DNA of 64,000 nt from the human T2T-CHM13v2.0 reference genome, Homo sapiens (GCF_009914755.1 NC_060947.1), one strand, 5' to 3'. Positions 1 through 16,160 are shown, counted from the first letter of the stretch. Notes: generated by a model not told the origin, from the letters alone. Translations and numbers: made by a program.

Positions 1-145
1 TTAATTACAATAGTGCTGCCAAATGCCTAAAACAAAAAATTACCACTTTTTACTGTAATCGAATTGTCTACAATGAAAACAATCCCCAAATCATATTTTA
101 AGTGGCATATATATTTAAAGATCTTTAAAAAGTAAGATAAAGCTA

Positions 146-265
146 TTTTTAAGATGGAATCTTGCTATGTTGCCCAGGCTAGTCTGAAACTCCTAGGCTG
201 AAAGGATCCTCCTGCCTCAGCCTCCCAAGTAGCTGGAGTTACAGGCATGTACCACTGCACCTGGC
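146..265 (-). mobile_element. Alu monomer (FLAM-like)
   Basis: Alu monomer motifs on the minus strand. Confidence 0.8.
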
Positions 266-680
266 AAAATAAAGCTGATAGTGAAATGAGGACAAAAAAA
301 TAAAGTGCTAAATATCCACACTGTTAACCACTCATCTATAATCACAAAAATAGTAAGCAATGATCACTGGGCATATGATATCATAACAGGGTATTATTAG
401 AAGCCTCTGGGATCTTTTCCTTATTTTTAAAGAAGTCAGCTTTCAACTTCCTTAAAATGGCAATCTGGCTTTAGTGTAAGATTGAAGAAAGGAAAGAAAT
501 TTGGGGTTCAAAGTCTTTTTCTACATTTACTGCTTTAAGTGGTAGAGACAGAAATTATGTCAGCCATCAATCAGGTTTTATAGCTGATATGCCACACAGC
601 TACCATTCTCAGGTTGACTGTTCTCAAAATTCCCATTACTTTTTAAACAAATTTAAAATTCCCTTAAAAGAACTGGATCA

Positions 681-976
<296 letters not shown>

Positions 977-1047
977 TTGGATCAAACAAGAAATGCTTGC
1001 CAATATGCACTCTTGATGTGTAGATAAGCCATAAGAGAGAAAAATCA

Positions 1048-1191
<144 letters not shown>

Positions 1192-1410
1192 TTAAAACAT
1201 TTTGGCATTAAAATATAGTGAACAAAAAAGTGAACAAGATTATCAGACATTTTAATAAAATTTGAGTTATAATCATTATTGTGATACTGGTTTGAACTAT
1301 GACTAGTCTGTATGTGAGTTGTAATGTAAGATTTCCTTTGAATTAAACCCAACCATCTTTCTGGGTAAAAACTAAATATAGAGACTTTAGTCGCTATAAA
1401 AATAAAAACA

Positions 1411-1575
1411 GGCCAGGCACGGTGGCTCACACCTGTAATCCCAGCACTTTGGGAGGCTGAGGCAGGAGGATCAATTGAAGCCAGGAGGTCAAGACCAGCC
1501 TGGGCACAACAGTAAGACCCCCTCCCCCTCTCTATTTTAATTCAAAAAGTTAAAAAAATTAAAAAGAAAAAGAAA
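1411..1575 (+). mobile_element. Alu left monomer / FLAM
   Basis: GGCCAGGCACGGTGGCTCAC start, A-rich end. Confidence 0.85.
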
Positions 1576-2067
1576 AATGGTTAACTCCATAATGGTTTGT
1601 GCCATTTAGCATGATAGATTAGAGGCAAAAACAAACTTATAAAAACTGGCTTACATAAATATACATTATAAATACCTCATATATGTAGTAGCCATATTAT
1701 GTACATAGTTATATTTCAGAATACTGGATATAGCCTGTGATATATCAAAAGCCATGCATAAATAGGTCAAATTTAAATGAGGCTCTAATAAATATTTGAT
1801 TTCCAGGATGAAATAACAGTATAACTGCATTAAATTTCTAAATATATAAATTTTTATACAAAAGAAAATATTATTGGGGAGAAAGGTAAGGCTTTTACCT
1901 ATTTGCGGCATTCTCAAAGTAAAATGTAGGGTATACTCTAAATTCACTTGGGATTAGAAGTGCTTGGTTTGACATGCCATGAACAACAAAAAACCCTCAC
2001 CGCTTTAGTGTAAAAAGGAATACCTTTCCTTACTGAAAGCTTACATATTAAGTCAAGAATTTCCCAC

Positions 2068-2200
2068 TTTTTTTCTTTTATTTTATTTAAAGAGACGAGA
2101 GTCTCACTATGTTGCCCAGGCTGACCTCAAACTCCTGGGCTGAAGCAATCCTCCTGCCTCAGCCTCTCAAGTAGCTGATACTACAGGCACATATCAACCA
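2068..2200 (-). mobile_element. Alu monomer (FLAM-like)
   Basis: Alu motifs preceded by a T-rich tail. Confidence 0.8.
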
Positions 2201-2388
2201 CTGTTTTTTTATTGGTATTTGTGGATCCCTCTCTTCTAGTTCCTGTATCTTTCAGATAAGAAAACTGGCACCTCCAGGAAGTTTACTGTGATTAATAAGG
2301 ATTGTGTCCATCCTCAGAAATGCAGCCACATGCTATCAAACTTTTAAAAGGGCAACATCTTTAAAAATTCCCTACTAGTTTGCCACTA

Positions 2389-2604
<216 letters not shown>

Positions 2605-2957
2605 TCAAGATTCCTATCCTATGTATAAATTTATTGGTGCTCAGAGTTACTATACTTTATGCCTAAAAGAAAAAGACATAAAGGAACTGACAGGCAAAAA
2701 TTTTAAAAAAACACTGCATATTTTAGAATTTGGTTTACATAACGAAATAAATATCTCCAAGACCTTGCTGTAGTCGGCTTTTTCCAAGTTTTGCTACTTT
2801 TATTAGGAAGGTAAAGAAGTACTACATACAGAGGCCCCTCGACTGGCAATATTAATACTTAGGAAAGCACAGAAATAGGGGAATCCACTGAATTTTAATT
2901 GGCCTGAAGAGTTTAAAGGTCACATCAGCCTCTAGTATTATTTCTAAATTACCTTCT

Positions 2958-2959
<2 letters not shown>

Positions 2960-2997
<38 letters not shown>
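2960..2997. repeat. (CA)n microsatellite
   Basis: Pure AC run of about 19 units. Confidence 0.95.
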
Positions 2998-2999
<2 letters not shown>

Positions 3000-3190
3000 C
3001 TAATAATCGAATCCTTGGATGAAAACTAATTAACTAGGGAAAAGAATAACTTGAAGTTTGTATTATGAAAACAACTGTTAACACTTCAAATCACACCTGA
3101 AAACAGTTACTAACATGTTTAGGATGGCTAAAGTGCTGCAAGTGATTTAACGACAGTTTAAGACTATTAAATTCAGCATGTGGTACTTAC

Positions 3191-3273
3191 TGGGTGGTCT
3201 GATCTAAGTAAGTAATAAGTCTGTCTGCTTCTTCTTCTAGACGTTTGTTAACATGATGTAGATATTCAGGAAC
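3191..3273 (-). CDS. CUL4B: CUL4B exon VPEYLHHVNKRLEEEADRLITYLDQTT(Q)
   Basis: tag|GTT...ACC CA|gtaagt, 83 nt. Confidence 0.97.
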
Positions 3274-3559
3274 CTACAAAGATAGTTTTTTACATTATTG
3301 TTTTCCTCCCCATAAATCATTCAGAAAATGTCAAGTCCAAAAGATCCTGGAAGTGGCCCTGTCAAATGTGACAGGGTAGAATCATATGTAAAAATTTATA
3401 GGTAGAGTTTATGATCCAGAATTCTGGCCTTTAAGAAGAGAGAAAAGAAAGGAGCACCTAAGTGAGAGAAGAGCATCACAATGTTGGGAAGATAAATGCA
3501 AAGGGAAGCTTATATTCTACAAAGTAAGGTCTATTGTGAGAGACAGTGAGAATTTATTA

Positions 3560-3697
<138 letters not shown>

Positions 3698-3778
3698 TTA
3701 TTTAGCAAATATTTACTAAATGTCCTCTATGTCTATGTAAACAGCATTATGAATTTGGTTTTTAAACATCAAGCTAGG

Positions 3779-3882
3779 ATCCTTTTGTAGTTGAGAAGCA
3801 TGATGATTGGGTTTTTATGCTCATATATGAGATGTGCTTCCTTCAAACCTTGTTATGACATCAGCACATTACCTGTCTGATG
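3779..3882 (+). pseudogene. U13 (SNORD13) box C/D snoRNA retrocopy, antisense in a CUL4B intron
   Basis: ATCCTTTTGTAGTT...ATGATGA (C box, 3800-3806)...ACCTTGTTATGAC...GCACATTACCTGTCTGA (D box, 3877-3880) matches recalled U13. Followed by an A-tail, with target-site duplication aagctaggat / aaactaggat. Confidence 0.88.
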
Positions 3883-3938
3883 TGGGGGGAAAAAAAACTA
3901 GGATAGCAATCAGCTCTGTATAGTAGGTGTAGTAGTTA

Positions 3939-4130
<192 letters not shown>

Positions 4131-4906
4131 CTAAATTAATTGACAATACCACTTCTGAAGAGGTTTGCTTAACTTCTTACCACATGTTCCCATGCTAATT
4201 AGGGCTCCAGGGCTTTGAAGCAGCAATTGTCAAAAAATAAAATCCACACATTTAATTTTGAATAACATTATTAGATTAAAGAACACAGGAAACTCATTTT
4301 GCCTTTACTGAGAATTGAAGCTAAATTCCTATTTTCCTCCATAACTAAGTTTTGTTGTATTATTTCTTTTTGTGGATTTCTTCTTTGCTCAAATCAACAG
4401 ACAAAATTAGTTCTAAGACATAAAACAGTTTTCACTGTACTGGTATTGAAAGCTTATTTGGTTATTTATCAACTGGTTTCAATACTGAAGAATCAGTGAA
4501 TTCTGATCATTGCTGTAGGCAGATGATAGGTACATGGGAGGGGGAAGAGTTCATGATACTATTCTATTTTCGTGTATACATGGACTTTTGCATAATGTTA
4601 AATGAGTGAACTCTTGATGGTCAGCAGCAAAATGAATCACAATCATAGACATTCCAGAGCAAACTTTAGTCCCCTCGGCTAACAAAAAACTTCTTCATAA
4701 ATTAATATATGCCCAGGGAATGTTAGCTATCTTCAATATTAGCATAGGCAACATATTATTAGGAAGATAAAACTGCTACAAAGGAAAGTCTAGAACCAAA
4801 TGTGAATTTTTAGAATATTCACAGTATAGCTTATACACTTTCATTAGTGTAATTAAGATTTGAGTATGATTTGGAACAATCTTTTCATATTTTTCTGGCA
4901 TCCTTA

Positions 4907-5044
<138 letters not shown>

Positions 5045-5686
5045 TCAATAAGAATAAAACTGAAGAGTTTGTCTGTATATATATTACATTACTAAGATCA
5101 AACATGCAGATAAACACATCTATCTGAGAATATGCCCATATAGTTTTTATTACTCAACAGTCAATCCTTTTTGTGTTTTCTAGAAAAAAGACACTTAAAA
5201 TGGCCCTCTGATTTACTGCTTGAGAAGTAACTGAAAAATCAAGGGGACGCTCATATAATTCTTCCTGCGCCACAGTGCTAGGGAATGAAGCTGCCTTACA
5301 TTGCACATGTGAGGGTTTTTATTGGCAGGGGGTGGGGGTGGGGAGGGGTGATGGATTTTAAGATTTTAATCTGTAGAATATAAGGTATAAACCAGATTAA
5401 GAAAAATGGAAAAGGTTGTTATCTGAATAAACTAAAACACAGGACCATCAGGCACCTTCACAGGTAATCAAATAGTGGACAGGATAATCATCAAGAGAGA
5501 AAAAAAAATAAGAGTGACAGACGAAATGTAGCTTTTTAATGAATGAGATAAATACATTTTTGGTAAGTGTGACAAAAATAAAAATGAACCTAAGGTGCAA
5601 GACATTCTGAAATGCAGGTTTACCTGTAACTTGTGGTTTTAAAATAGAAAACTCAACCAAAACTAGTTTCCAATTCAGAAAAGGAA

Positions 5687-5880
5687 CTTGGGAGGAAGAG
5701 TGGGAGGGGGGCGAGGGATAAAAGACTACAATGGTGCAATGTATACTGCTCTGGTGAAGGGTGCACCAAAATCTTACAAATCACCACTAAGGAACTTACT
5801 CATGTAACCAAATGTCACCTGTACCCCAATAACTTACGGGAAAATAAAAAATAAATAAATTTTTAAAAAAAGAAAAAAAA
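5687..5880 (+). mobile_element. 5'-truncated L1 3' end (L1PB-like)
   Basis: GGGATAAAAGACTACA...AAATCACCACTAAGGAACTTACTCATGTAACC followed by an A-tail. TSD agaaaaggaa at 5677-5686 and 5881-5890. Confidence 0.85.
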
Positions 5881-5962
5881 AGAAAAGGAATAGATATTGA
5901 AGCAATCTCCCTATTGCTAAGTTTTAAAAACTAACATTCCTGTATTTGAAGAAATGTTTTTA

Positions 5963-6724
<762 letters not shown>

Positions 6725-6911
6725 TTAAGGAGAGGATGAAGGATTTCTCAACTATTTACATCAGATTCTTATTAATTTGATATTTCTACCACATCAGCTT
6801 ATTAAAAAGGGTTATTCATCCACTTAAGACACAAGGTAAAACAACAAAATATATCAATGTGGGTGGCAAACTTTCTCATAACCAATGCACTGTATCAAAA
6901 AAGAACAAATT

Positions 6912-7008
6912 ACAGGTTTAGCATCTTTAATCTAAAAATCTGAAATCCAAAAAGCTCAAAAATCTGAAACTTTTTGAGTGCCAACATGCTGCTCAAAGAA
7001 AATCCTAC
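6912..7008 (+). mobile_element. TcMar-Tigger fragment (Tigger4/MER46-like)
   Basis: TA-CAGGTT...AAAATCTGAAATCCAAAAAGCTCAAAAATCTGAAACTTTTTGAG terminal pattern. Confidence 0.6.
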
Positions 7009-7010
7009 TT

Positions 7011-7748
7011 GGGCTGGGTACAGTGGTTCATGCCTGTAATCCCAACATTTTGGGGGGCCAAGGTGAGAGGATTGCTTGATGCCAGGCTAGAACAGCCTAG
7101 GCAACTGTGATGGTTACTACTGAGTGTCAACTTGATTGGATTGAAGGATACAAAGTATTGATCCTGGGTGTGTCTGTGAGGGTGTTGCCAAAAGAGATTA
7201 ACATTTGAGTCAGTGGGCTGGGGAAGGCAGATCCATCCTTAACCTGGTGGGCACAATCTAATCAGCTTCCAGTGAATATAAAGCAGGCCAAAAAAAGTGA
7301 AAAGGAGAGAAGGGCCTAGCCTCCCAGCCTACATCTTTCTCCCATGCTGGATGCTTCCTGCCCTCGAACATCAGACTCCAAGTTCTTCAGTTTTGGGAAT
7401 CAACCTGGCTCTCCTTACTCCTCAGCTTGCAGACAGCCTATTGTGGGACCTTGTGATCGTGTAACTTAACACTTAATAAACTCCCCTTTATATATATCTC
7501 CTACTAGTTCTGTAGTTCTGTCCCTCTAAGAAAACCCTGACTAATACAGAAACAAAGCAAGACCCCATCTCTACAAAAAATTTAAAAATTAGCTGGGCCC
7601 AGTGGTGTGTACCTGTAGTTCCAGCTATTTAGGAGGCTGAGGCAGGAGGATCACTTGAGCCCAAGAGTTCAAGGTTGAAGTGAACCATGACTACGCCACT
7701 GCACTCTAGCCTGGGGACAAAGTGAGACCTTGTCTCAAAAATAAAAAA
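7011..7748 (+). mobile_element. AluJ-like element split by an LTR (parts 7011-7105 and 7554-7748)
   Basis: Alu sequence resumes (AAAGCAAGACCCCATCTCTAC) directly after the LTR and its TSD. Confidence 0.85.
7106..7548 (+). mobile_element. Solo LTR, MLT2A-like (HERV-L)
   Basis: TGTGATGGTT...GTGTCAACTTGATTGGATTG start, AATAAA, ends CCCTGACTAATACA. 5-bp TSD gcaac/gaaac. Confidence 0.88.
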
Positions 7749-8015
7749 GCTGTCTTGTTTAAAATGTTAATCATTTTCACAAGCAGAGCTTCATTTTGGG
7801 TTTAAAAAAGAATTTCACCTGTTGTTTATGTATCAGATGGGTTGGGCAGTCCTACTACAATTGAATTAAAATTTACTTAAACGTTCTTGGATTTTCCTGA
7901 ACAGAACAAAGCAGAAATTATTGCTAGTAGTATGATAATGAGTATGATATAATACCAAGGAATTTTCTCCAACATTTCAGTTTAAGAATAGTTAAATATA
8001 GATTTTAAAATCTGT

Positions 8016-8351
<336 letters not shown>

Positions 8352-8736
8352 TTACAAAAGAAAGAACTGCATTTTTACTTCACTTTAATAACTGAATTGG
8401 TCTTCTTTTATACTCAGATTCCAGAAGGATGACCTTCAGATTTCCGTAAGTTTCCTGTTATGCATATATAAAAGACTTTCAAATTTAAAACAACAGGCAT
8501 GCTAAAACTCTTTGGGAAAACTCTGATATAATCTATAATTCCAAGTGGTAATGACTTAAATGTAACACCAGAATTCCTTTCTCACCACAACAGAAGAAAA
8601 AAATTCCATTAAAATGAACTCTAGGGGGGCATCCAAGTTCTGTGGGTTGGAGTGGAATTTTAAAAATATGTAGTTAGAAGTCACATTCCCAATATGCAGG
8701 TCCAGTAAATAAATCAGCAAATGAAAAGAAAGCTTG

Positions 8737-9050
8737 GCAGAGCGCGGTGGCTCACGCCTGTAATCCCAGCACTTTGGGAGGCCGAGGCGGGCAGATCATG
8801 AGGTCTGGAGTTCGAGACCACTCTGACCAACATAGTGAAACCCTGTCTCTACTAAAAATACAAAAATTAGCCGGGTGTGGTGGTGTGCACCAGCTACTCG
8901 GGAGGCTGAGGCAGGAGAATCTCATCAACCCGGGCGGTGGAGGTTGCAGTGAGCCGAGAATGTGCCATTGCATTCCAGCCCAGGCAACAGTGTGAGACTC
9001 TGTCTCGAGAAGAGAAGAAAAAAGAAGAGAAGAGCAGAGCAGAGCAGAGC
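8737..9050 (+). mobile_element. Alu (S-type) with GA-rich tail
   Basis: Full dimer; tail has decayed into GAAGA/GCAGA repeats. Confidence 0.9.
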
Positions 9051-10667
9051 TTAAAGGAAACCTCTTACACCACGAGACAAGTCACCACACCTCATCAGGA
9101 AACAGCAGGCCAATTAGATTGAGCAGCTATGGAGGAATAAGAAGGCTGAGACCCTGCTGGCCTGCCCACTTTTCACGTGACCTGGGGCTAGGCCACAAAT
9201 GCTTAAGGGAATTTACATTTATTTCATGTGCCTCTCTGTTCACACAGGTCCTTTGTGGACTGTCCCCCTTCCACCTTTAGTATTCCTCTCATTGTATCTC
9301 ACCGTTCCTTCTGAATGACTGTTTTCTCAGCATTTCTTATCGCTTTGCTTAGATTCTGTCATATGACTTAGTGCGTACTTCATCTTTCCACATTGTGCAC
9401 TTCCGGTACTTCTCTAAGTCCTATTTATCCCATTTCCTTCTGCTATGTTCCCTTCTCAAATAAAACAGTTCTCGGCACATCTACTTATCTTCTCACACAA
9501 GATACCATATTCCCTTACTACTCAATTAGGTCCCACTTCTTCCAATAAGTTCTTCTTAATTGACTCAGCTACCAGTGACTCACATGGCACTCGCACCCAT
9601 CATACCACACTGACTTAGTCATTGAGTCAACACTATTTATCTCCCAACCACTGGACACTTCTTACACAAAACTACTTATCTTTTTATGTGTATATCTTGT
9701 CTCTCTGACTCCTTAATGACAGAAAGACATTGTGTGTTCATCTATCTATAAGTTCTTTAATACTTTTTGAGCTTTGAACCAAGTGAATACATGAAGTATT
9801 CAAAAAAAACTCTAGCAATGTGTCCTGCACATAGAAAGGGCTTCTAGTATGAGAAAAGTTGCCAGAAAACGTGTAATTACGATTGAGTGTGCTAGATGCT
9901 ATGATGAGGATAAGCAGAGAGATGAGGCCCCTAACCCAGCATTTAGGGGAGGGCAAGTCAGAAAAGCCTTCCTGGGAAGAGGTAAAGGGACAGAGTCCCA
10001 AAGACCCACAGGGAAACAGATAAAAAGTTAGTGGAAATAGTGAGAAATCGAGAATTAAGCTGGGCTTTACAGCACAGAGTCTCACCTGTGTTTGGCTGGA
10101 GGGTGGTTTAAGAACTTTAAGGCAAGAAAGGCAGGAGCATCTAAGGTGAGTTTTGAGGTCAAGTTCGGAGGGAACATTCTGTTTTTCTAATTTAGCCTTG
10201 ACTGCTTAACCTATAGACCGGATCTAGTCATTTTCCTTCCTCAACAACCTTCCATCAAGCTTTTCCTGTACTGTGATGGAGCAATCTCGTAATAGGTATA
10301 AATAAACAAACAAAAAGAACTATCCGGTACATGGTCTGCTATCATTTATGTAAAAAAGGAACAAAATAAAAACATACACAGTCGTTTTACGTATATAAAA
10401 CATCTCTGGAAAGATACCCAAAAAACTAATAATGTCTGTCACAAAGAGAACTAACTAGGGGACTGGAGGATGGGGTGGAAGTGAGACTTCTCACTACATG
10501 CTCTGCAATACTTTCGGGGCTTTGAACCAGAGGAATATATCAGGTATTCAAAAAACTTAAATACTTGCCTTCCCCAATAAAAGCCTTTCTAACTTCCCCA
10601 CCACCATACTTTTTAGCATGGTGTTCAAGGCAAATCTTACCACTTTCATCTCATGTCTGATTATAAC

Positions 10668-10960
10668 TTTTCTTTTTTCTTTTTTTTTTAGATGGAGTCT
10701 TGCTCTGTCGCCCAGATTGGGGTGCAATCTTGGCTCAGTGCAACCTCTGCCTCCAGGTTCCAGTGGTTCTCCTGTTTCAGCCTCTCAAGTAGCTGGGATT
10801 ACAAGCATGCGCCGCCACACTCAGCTAGGTTTTTTTGCATTTTTAGTAGAGATGGGGTTTTACCATGTTGGCCAGGCTAGTCTCGAACTCCTGACTTCAA
10901 GTGAACTGTTCACCTCAGCCTCCCAAAGTGCTGGATTACATGCATGAGCCACCTTGGCCA
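10668..10960 (-). mobile_element. Alu
   Basis: Full dimer on the minus strand. Confidence 0.9.
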
Positions 10961-11047
10961 CCCGATTATAACCTTTCACACATCCTTTGATCCAAGTACT
11001 CTACTTTTCTCACCTTTAGGCAAGATTTGGAGTGGTGTCTGTAAAAC

Positions 11048-11245
11048 AGTGGCTTCCAAAATGTTTTGACCCAAAGCCACAGTAGGAAATCTAATGTCAC
11101 AATCCATCATACATAAATTTATGTAACTAAAATAAAATCTTCACGAACCTACACATCATTACTCTATGTGATGCATTCTGATATTTGCTATTTCATTTCT
11201 TTTTAAAAAATGCTGGTCACGAACTATTAATTTCATGAACCTATT
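11048..11245 (+). mobile_element. hAT-Charlie-like DNA transposon fragment
   Basis: CAGTGG..CCAAAATGTTTTGACC...CCACAGTAGGAAAT terminal pattern, degenerate. Confidence 0.45.
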
Positions 11246-11490
11246 AGAACATAAGTAACTTAGGGTAGGTACTTATGCTCTCTTACTAGTACTAAGTGCT
11301 TTCCATAACCCCAAGGTATCAGTCCAGTTTTGGACACAGTAAGCAGTCATGGATTGAACAAGGAATGACTGTTTACTAAGTACTCTTCATCCTATTACAT
11401 GCTGGGATGGAAACAGGAATAAGAAGGTGTTTGAGATAAGCTCTATTTTACTCTAGATCTTTGAAAAGCACTTTTACAAATATATTCTTT

Positions 11491-11603
11491 TAAATATTAT
11501 GTATTTATTATTTATGTATTTTTACATATTATGCATTGTTTTATTTAAATATTATGTATTATTTATGTATTTTTACATATTATGCATTACGTATTTATTA
11601 TTT
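11491..11603. repeat. AT-rich ~55-bp tandem duplication
   Basis: TAAATATTATGTATT...TTTATGTATTTTTACATATTATGCATT occurs twice in tandem. Confidence 0.8.
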
Positions 11604-11639
11604 ACACTAATAAAACACTTTGGGAATCTCTGGAAGTAA

Positions 11640-11924
<285 letters not shown>

Positions 11925-13085
11925 TAATAAAACTATCTTTTTATTTAAGCTCCCACTAATTACCAGTAAATATGCTGCCTTAAATCCTTTGAAGGTACTT
12001 AGGTATAAAATACAGGCATTCTAGCAAGCTTCTAACCCTTATTCTTCCAAATCCCAGCCCTTCCCCTCCAAAATCCACAGGATACATAAAAAATGTGTCT
12101 TTCTTCACAAGGATGAGCTAAAAAAAAGTGTCTGAAAAAAAAACACAGTCAAAAAATATATATAAACGTGTAGCAAATGACATATGCAAATATTTACTGA
12201 ACAACAGACAATAAAAAAGATACTGAATTTCCACCAGGGTGTTGAACTCTGGTCACTGGTCTAAGGAGTGGAGTCTTAGTTTTCGAGCTATGTTTACAGA
12301 TAGTAAGTAAAGCACATAACAAAAAATTCAACAACTGATATAGCAATAAGATCTACATTATCTCTCTTTTTATGTCAAGTAAATATGGCTAAGATACTCT
12401 AAGTATTCAAAAACTAAGAATCTGTTTAAAGGAAACCAACTATACAATGAAACCTAAACTCCTTTTCTTTTTACTTCCAGTAAACAGGACTTAAATAAGA
12501 CTGAAAATTATCAAGGACTAAGAATTTGTAAGTGCACATTTTAAAATTTTTTATTATTTAATAATCTATTGTATATTTCAAAATAACAAAGAGTAGAATT
12601 TTAGTTGTACATTTTAAAAAACAGCAACAATAGTACTGATTAACGATTCAGTAAAAAGAGAAATACATAATACATAATAGACTAAGCTTTAAGACATCAA
12701 CAGGGTGACAAAAGTTACACAGACTCCAACAGCTAGTCATCAACAATGCTAAGAATCTAACTGCTTTCTTAATAATCACTGACTGCTTAAGCAACCAGAT
12801 TTTACAATTGATAATAACCTATACTATTTGATTCTAGTCCTGTGGTCATCTACTCTATAAATGAATCGTTAATAGAAAGGTTCATCATTTAAGGTTTATT
12901 TCACAAAAAGGTAACTACAGTTCCCATTATTAATAATAAATAAAATTATTTTCATCAGAATTGAAGTATGGCCTAGGCTTGACTTTAAAAATAGCTAGAG
13001 ATTTATAGGAAAGATAAATGTTACACGCTCCTGTACAAACTTCCAGCATCTCCAAAAAAGGTAGCTGATCTTAAACACTGTAGTA

Positions 13086-13228
13086 GGCCAGACATGGTGG
13101 TTCATGCCTGTAAGCCTGGCACTTTGGGAGGCCAAGGCGGGATGACTGCTTGAGGCCAGGAGTTCGAGAACAGCCTGGGCAACATAGCAAGACCCCCATA
13201 TCTCTATTTAAACAAAACAAAACAAAAC
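13086..13228 (+). mobile_element. FLAM / Alu left monomer
   Basis: Monomer with AAAAC tail. Confidence 0.85.
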
Positions 13229-15077
13229 ACTGCGGCTACTCATACAAAAGTTGAGAACATGAGCTCATAATAGGATTATGAAAATAATCCTATTTAAAAT
13301 ATTACTTATTAATAGTAAAAAAACTCACACCAAAACCAAAATTCCAACTGTATGATACCACATGTGAAAACAAGACACATTCTTTTTAAGCGTAGAGGGA
13401 CACTGTTCCTAGAGAGTTCCTGTCTTTTTCTATTATTTTTTCAATTTCGCTAATGGTGTCTACTGAAGCACATTTGGAATGTAATCTATTTATCAGACAG
13501 CTGCTCTGGCCCAGTGTAGATTTAGAATTTAAAATCGTGTGGCTTCAGAGCTCTAAAATAAAATGTAATTTTAAAATAAAGATTTCTTTTCTAAAGACTC
13601 AAATATCTACTATCATTGATGACACATACCAATATATAGCAGGAACTGTGATAATTACTTTTTTGCAATATTTCATTTACGTCTAAAAAACCCTACCATA
13701 TAGGTAGCCGTTAGTCTCACCATCTTGTAAATGAGGAAACCAAGACTTAGAGAAGTAACTCGCCCAAAGTTATATGATGAGTGACAGATTTGTAACCTAA
13801 GGCAGGCTGGACAGCTCAAAAGTCAGTGCATTTAATCAGTCTTATTTGCAGTCAATTAAAAACAAGCACGCAAACAAACAAAACAGTCAAATGAAAACAT
13901 TAATCACTGCCTCACACCCACAGGATCTCAAGGTTGTCAAGGAAAGATAATTTTAAAACTCAGGTCCAATTCTAATTTAAAATTACTTTAAAAAGACAAT
14001 GTTTGCTTACTGCAAGTGTACTTAGAACAGCATGTTCTTTTATAGAAATTAAAAACTTAGTAGGCAGTACATGCAACCCACACTAGGGACTTCCATACTT
14101 AAAGCTTTAAAGCAAAATGTTTTTTCATGCAGAAGTAAGTTCTAAGCAGATATATGCCAGTAAGTGTTTACCTCAGAGAAAGAGGGTGGGACAGGGGTTT
14201 GGAGAACTTTTGTATAACTACATATTTCCACATTATTTCAATTTTAGAAGAGTACTTTTTCTTATGTTTTTATTTCCCACTCAGGTAGATTGAGAGAGTA
14301 CTTCTAATTACGTTTCAATGAGTCAAAATCAAACAAGCACCTGAAGTCCAGATTATATGAAATAGCTTTACCTCCTTTATCCTCCTGTTTGAACTTGAAC
14401 ATCTCAAAATAATCTTTCTGAGAACAATCCAAAGGAACATTTATAAAATTAAGGTCAAAAACAGTAAAAGAGCTAAAAACCAATGCTTTTGAATTCATTA
14501 TAGCAAAAGCAGTAAGGTATTATGAAAAATGCAAACAGTGAAGTTATAAGACTTGTGACTAGGCTAAAGAAATGCAACTGAACAACAGCAGGTAAAACTT
14601 ACGAAGTACAAGAAAACAAAAACAAGAGATGCAAGCTCTATGCTCTTGAAAGAAAAAGATTTAACAGAATCAATGTATCAGGAAAAGTATTTTCAAATCA
14701 AAAGCTCTGGAAAAATATTCAAGGTAAAGTAAATAGGGTTAATTAATAACCACAATAAACATTTGTTACAAATATGGAATATATAAAATATTATTGAAAT
14801 TAAATATGCTGTATACCAGCATATCCAAATAAACACCATATACTATCCAAATAAACACCACTTATGCATGCACAGATAAAAATACTACTAAAATTATAAA
14901 GAGCTTTTTCCCTAAAGTAAAACAATTTAATTGTTTCAAACACTGCACTACAGTGGTATTCAAAGTACCAGGGTATATTAGTGAGGTGGTACAGGAGTAA
15001 AAGTGCAATGAACTAGAAATCCAGCATCTCAGTTTGAGTTGCCCCTGCTCTGCCAATATGTGACTCTGGGCAGGTTA

Positions 15078-15446
<369 letters not shown>

Positions 15447-16021
15447 CTACGTACCCCAGAAAGGGTTTCCATAATGCTTATATGAGATAATACGAGATGA
15501 ATCCCCTTTGCAGGCTGTCATGGACACCACAAAGAAAAAATATTGGACCACATGCTCTCTTAAGGCCTTTCCAAGTCAGTTTCATATTTTGGCTTTTATT
15601 GTTGTACATTTTAAGAGACGCATATATAATACGCCAAAAGAGCCATATGAAATGGGCTTATTCTTAAGTAATAGCTTAGTACTACAACTACTAGCCGACA
15701 TTTGCATAGCATTATAATGCTTATAATGTTACACGGCATTATTACTATGTGTTGTGCACTGATTTGAGTATTTTGCGTGTACTAATTTTCACAGCAACAG
15801 AAACTGGTGATCTCAATTGTCATACTACAAGTGAAGAAGCTATAATGTGGCTTGTAAAAAAGTTTGACTCGTGATACCATCTTATATTTGTAAGATTATA
15901 GTGCCTGGAGGCGTTTTCCACAAATATCTTATTTGATTCTTATCAGCAACCTTGTGAGACAGGTAGGGCAAACTATTATTTCCTCTACTTTAGAGAGGAG
16001 GAAATTTAAATTGAGAGTGAC

Positions 16022-16160
16022 GGCTGGGTTTGGTAGCTCATGCCTGTAATCTCAGCACCTTGGGAGGTTGAGGTGACAAGACTGCTGTAGCCCTGGAGTT
16101 CAAGACCAGCCTGGGCAACATAGCAAGACCCCTATCTCTTAAAAAAACAGGAAAAAAAAC
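16022..16160 (+). mobile_element. FLAM / Alu monomer within a MIR
   Basis: Monomer flanked by MIR-like GAGGAAA...GAG and CCCAAG motifs. Confidence 0.8.

Noticed and set aside
14822-14860. ~22-bp tandem duplication TATCCAAATAAACACCA, and a 12-bp one (CATAACCAGGT) at 34781-34803
   Set aside because: Ordinary slippage duplications with only two copies; not CRISPR-like and no sign of function.
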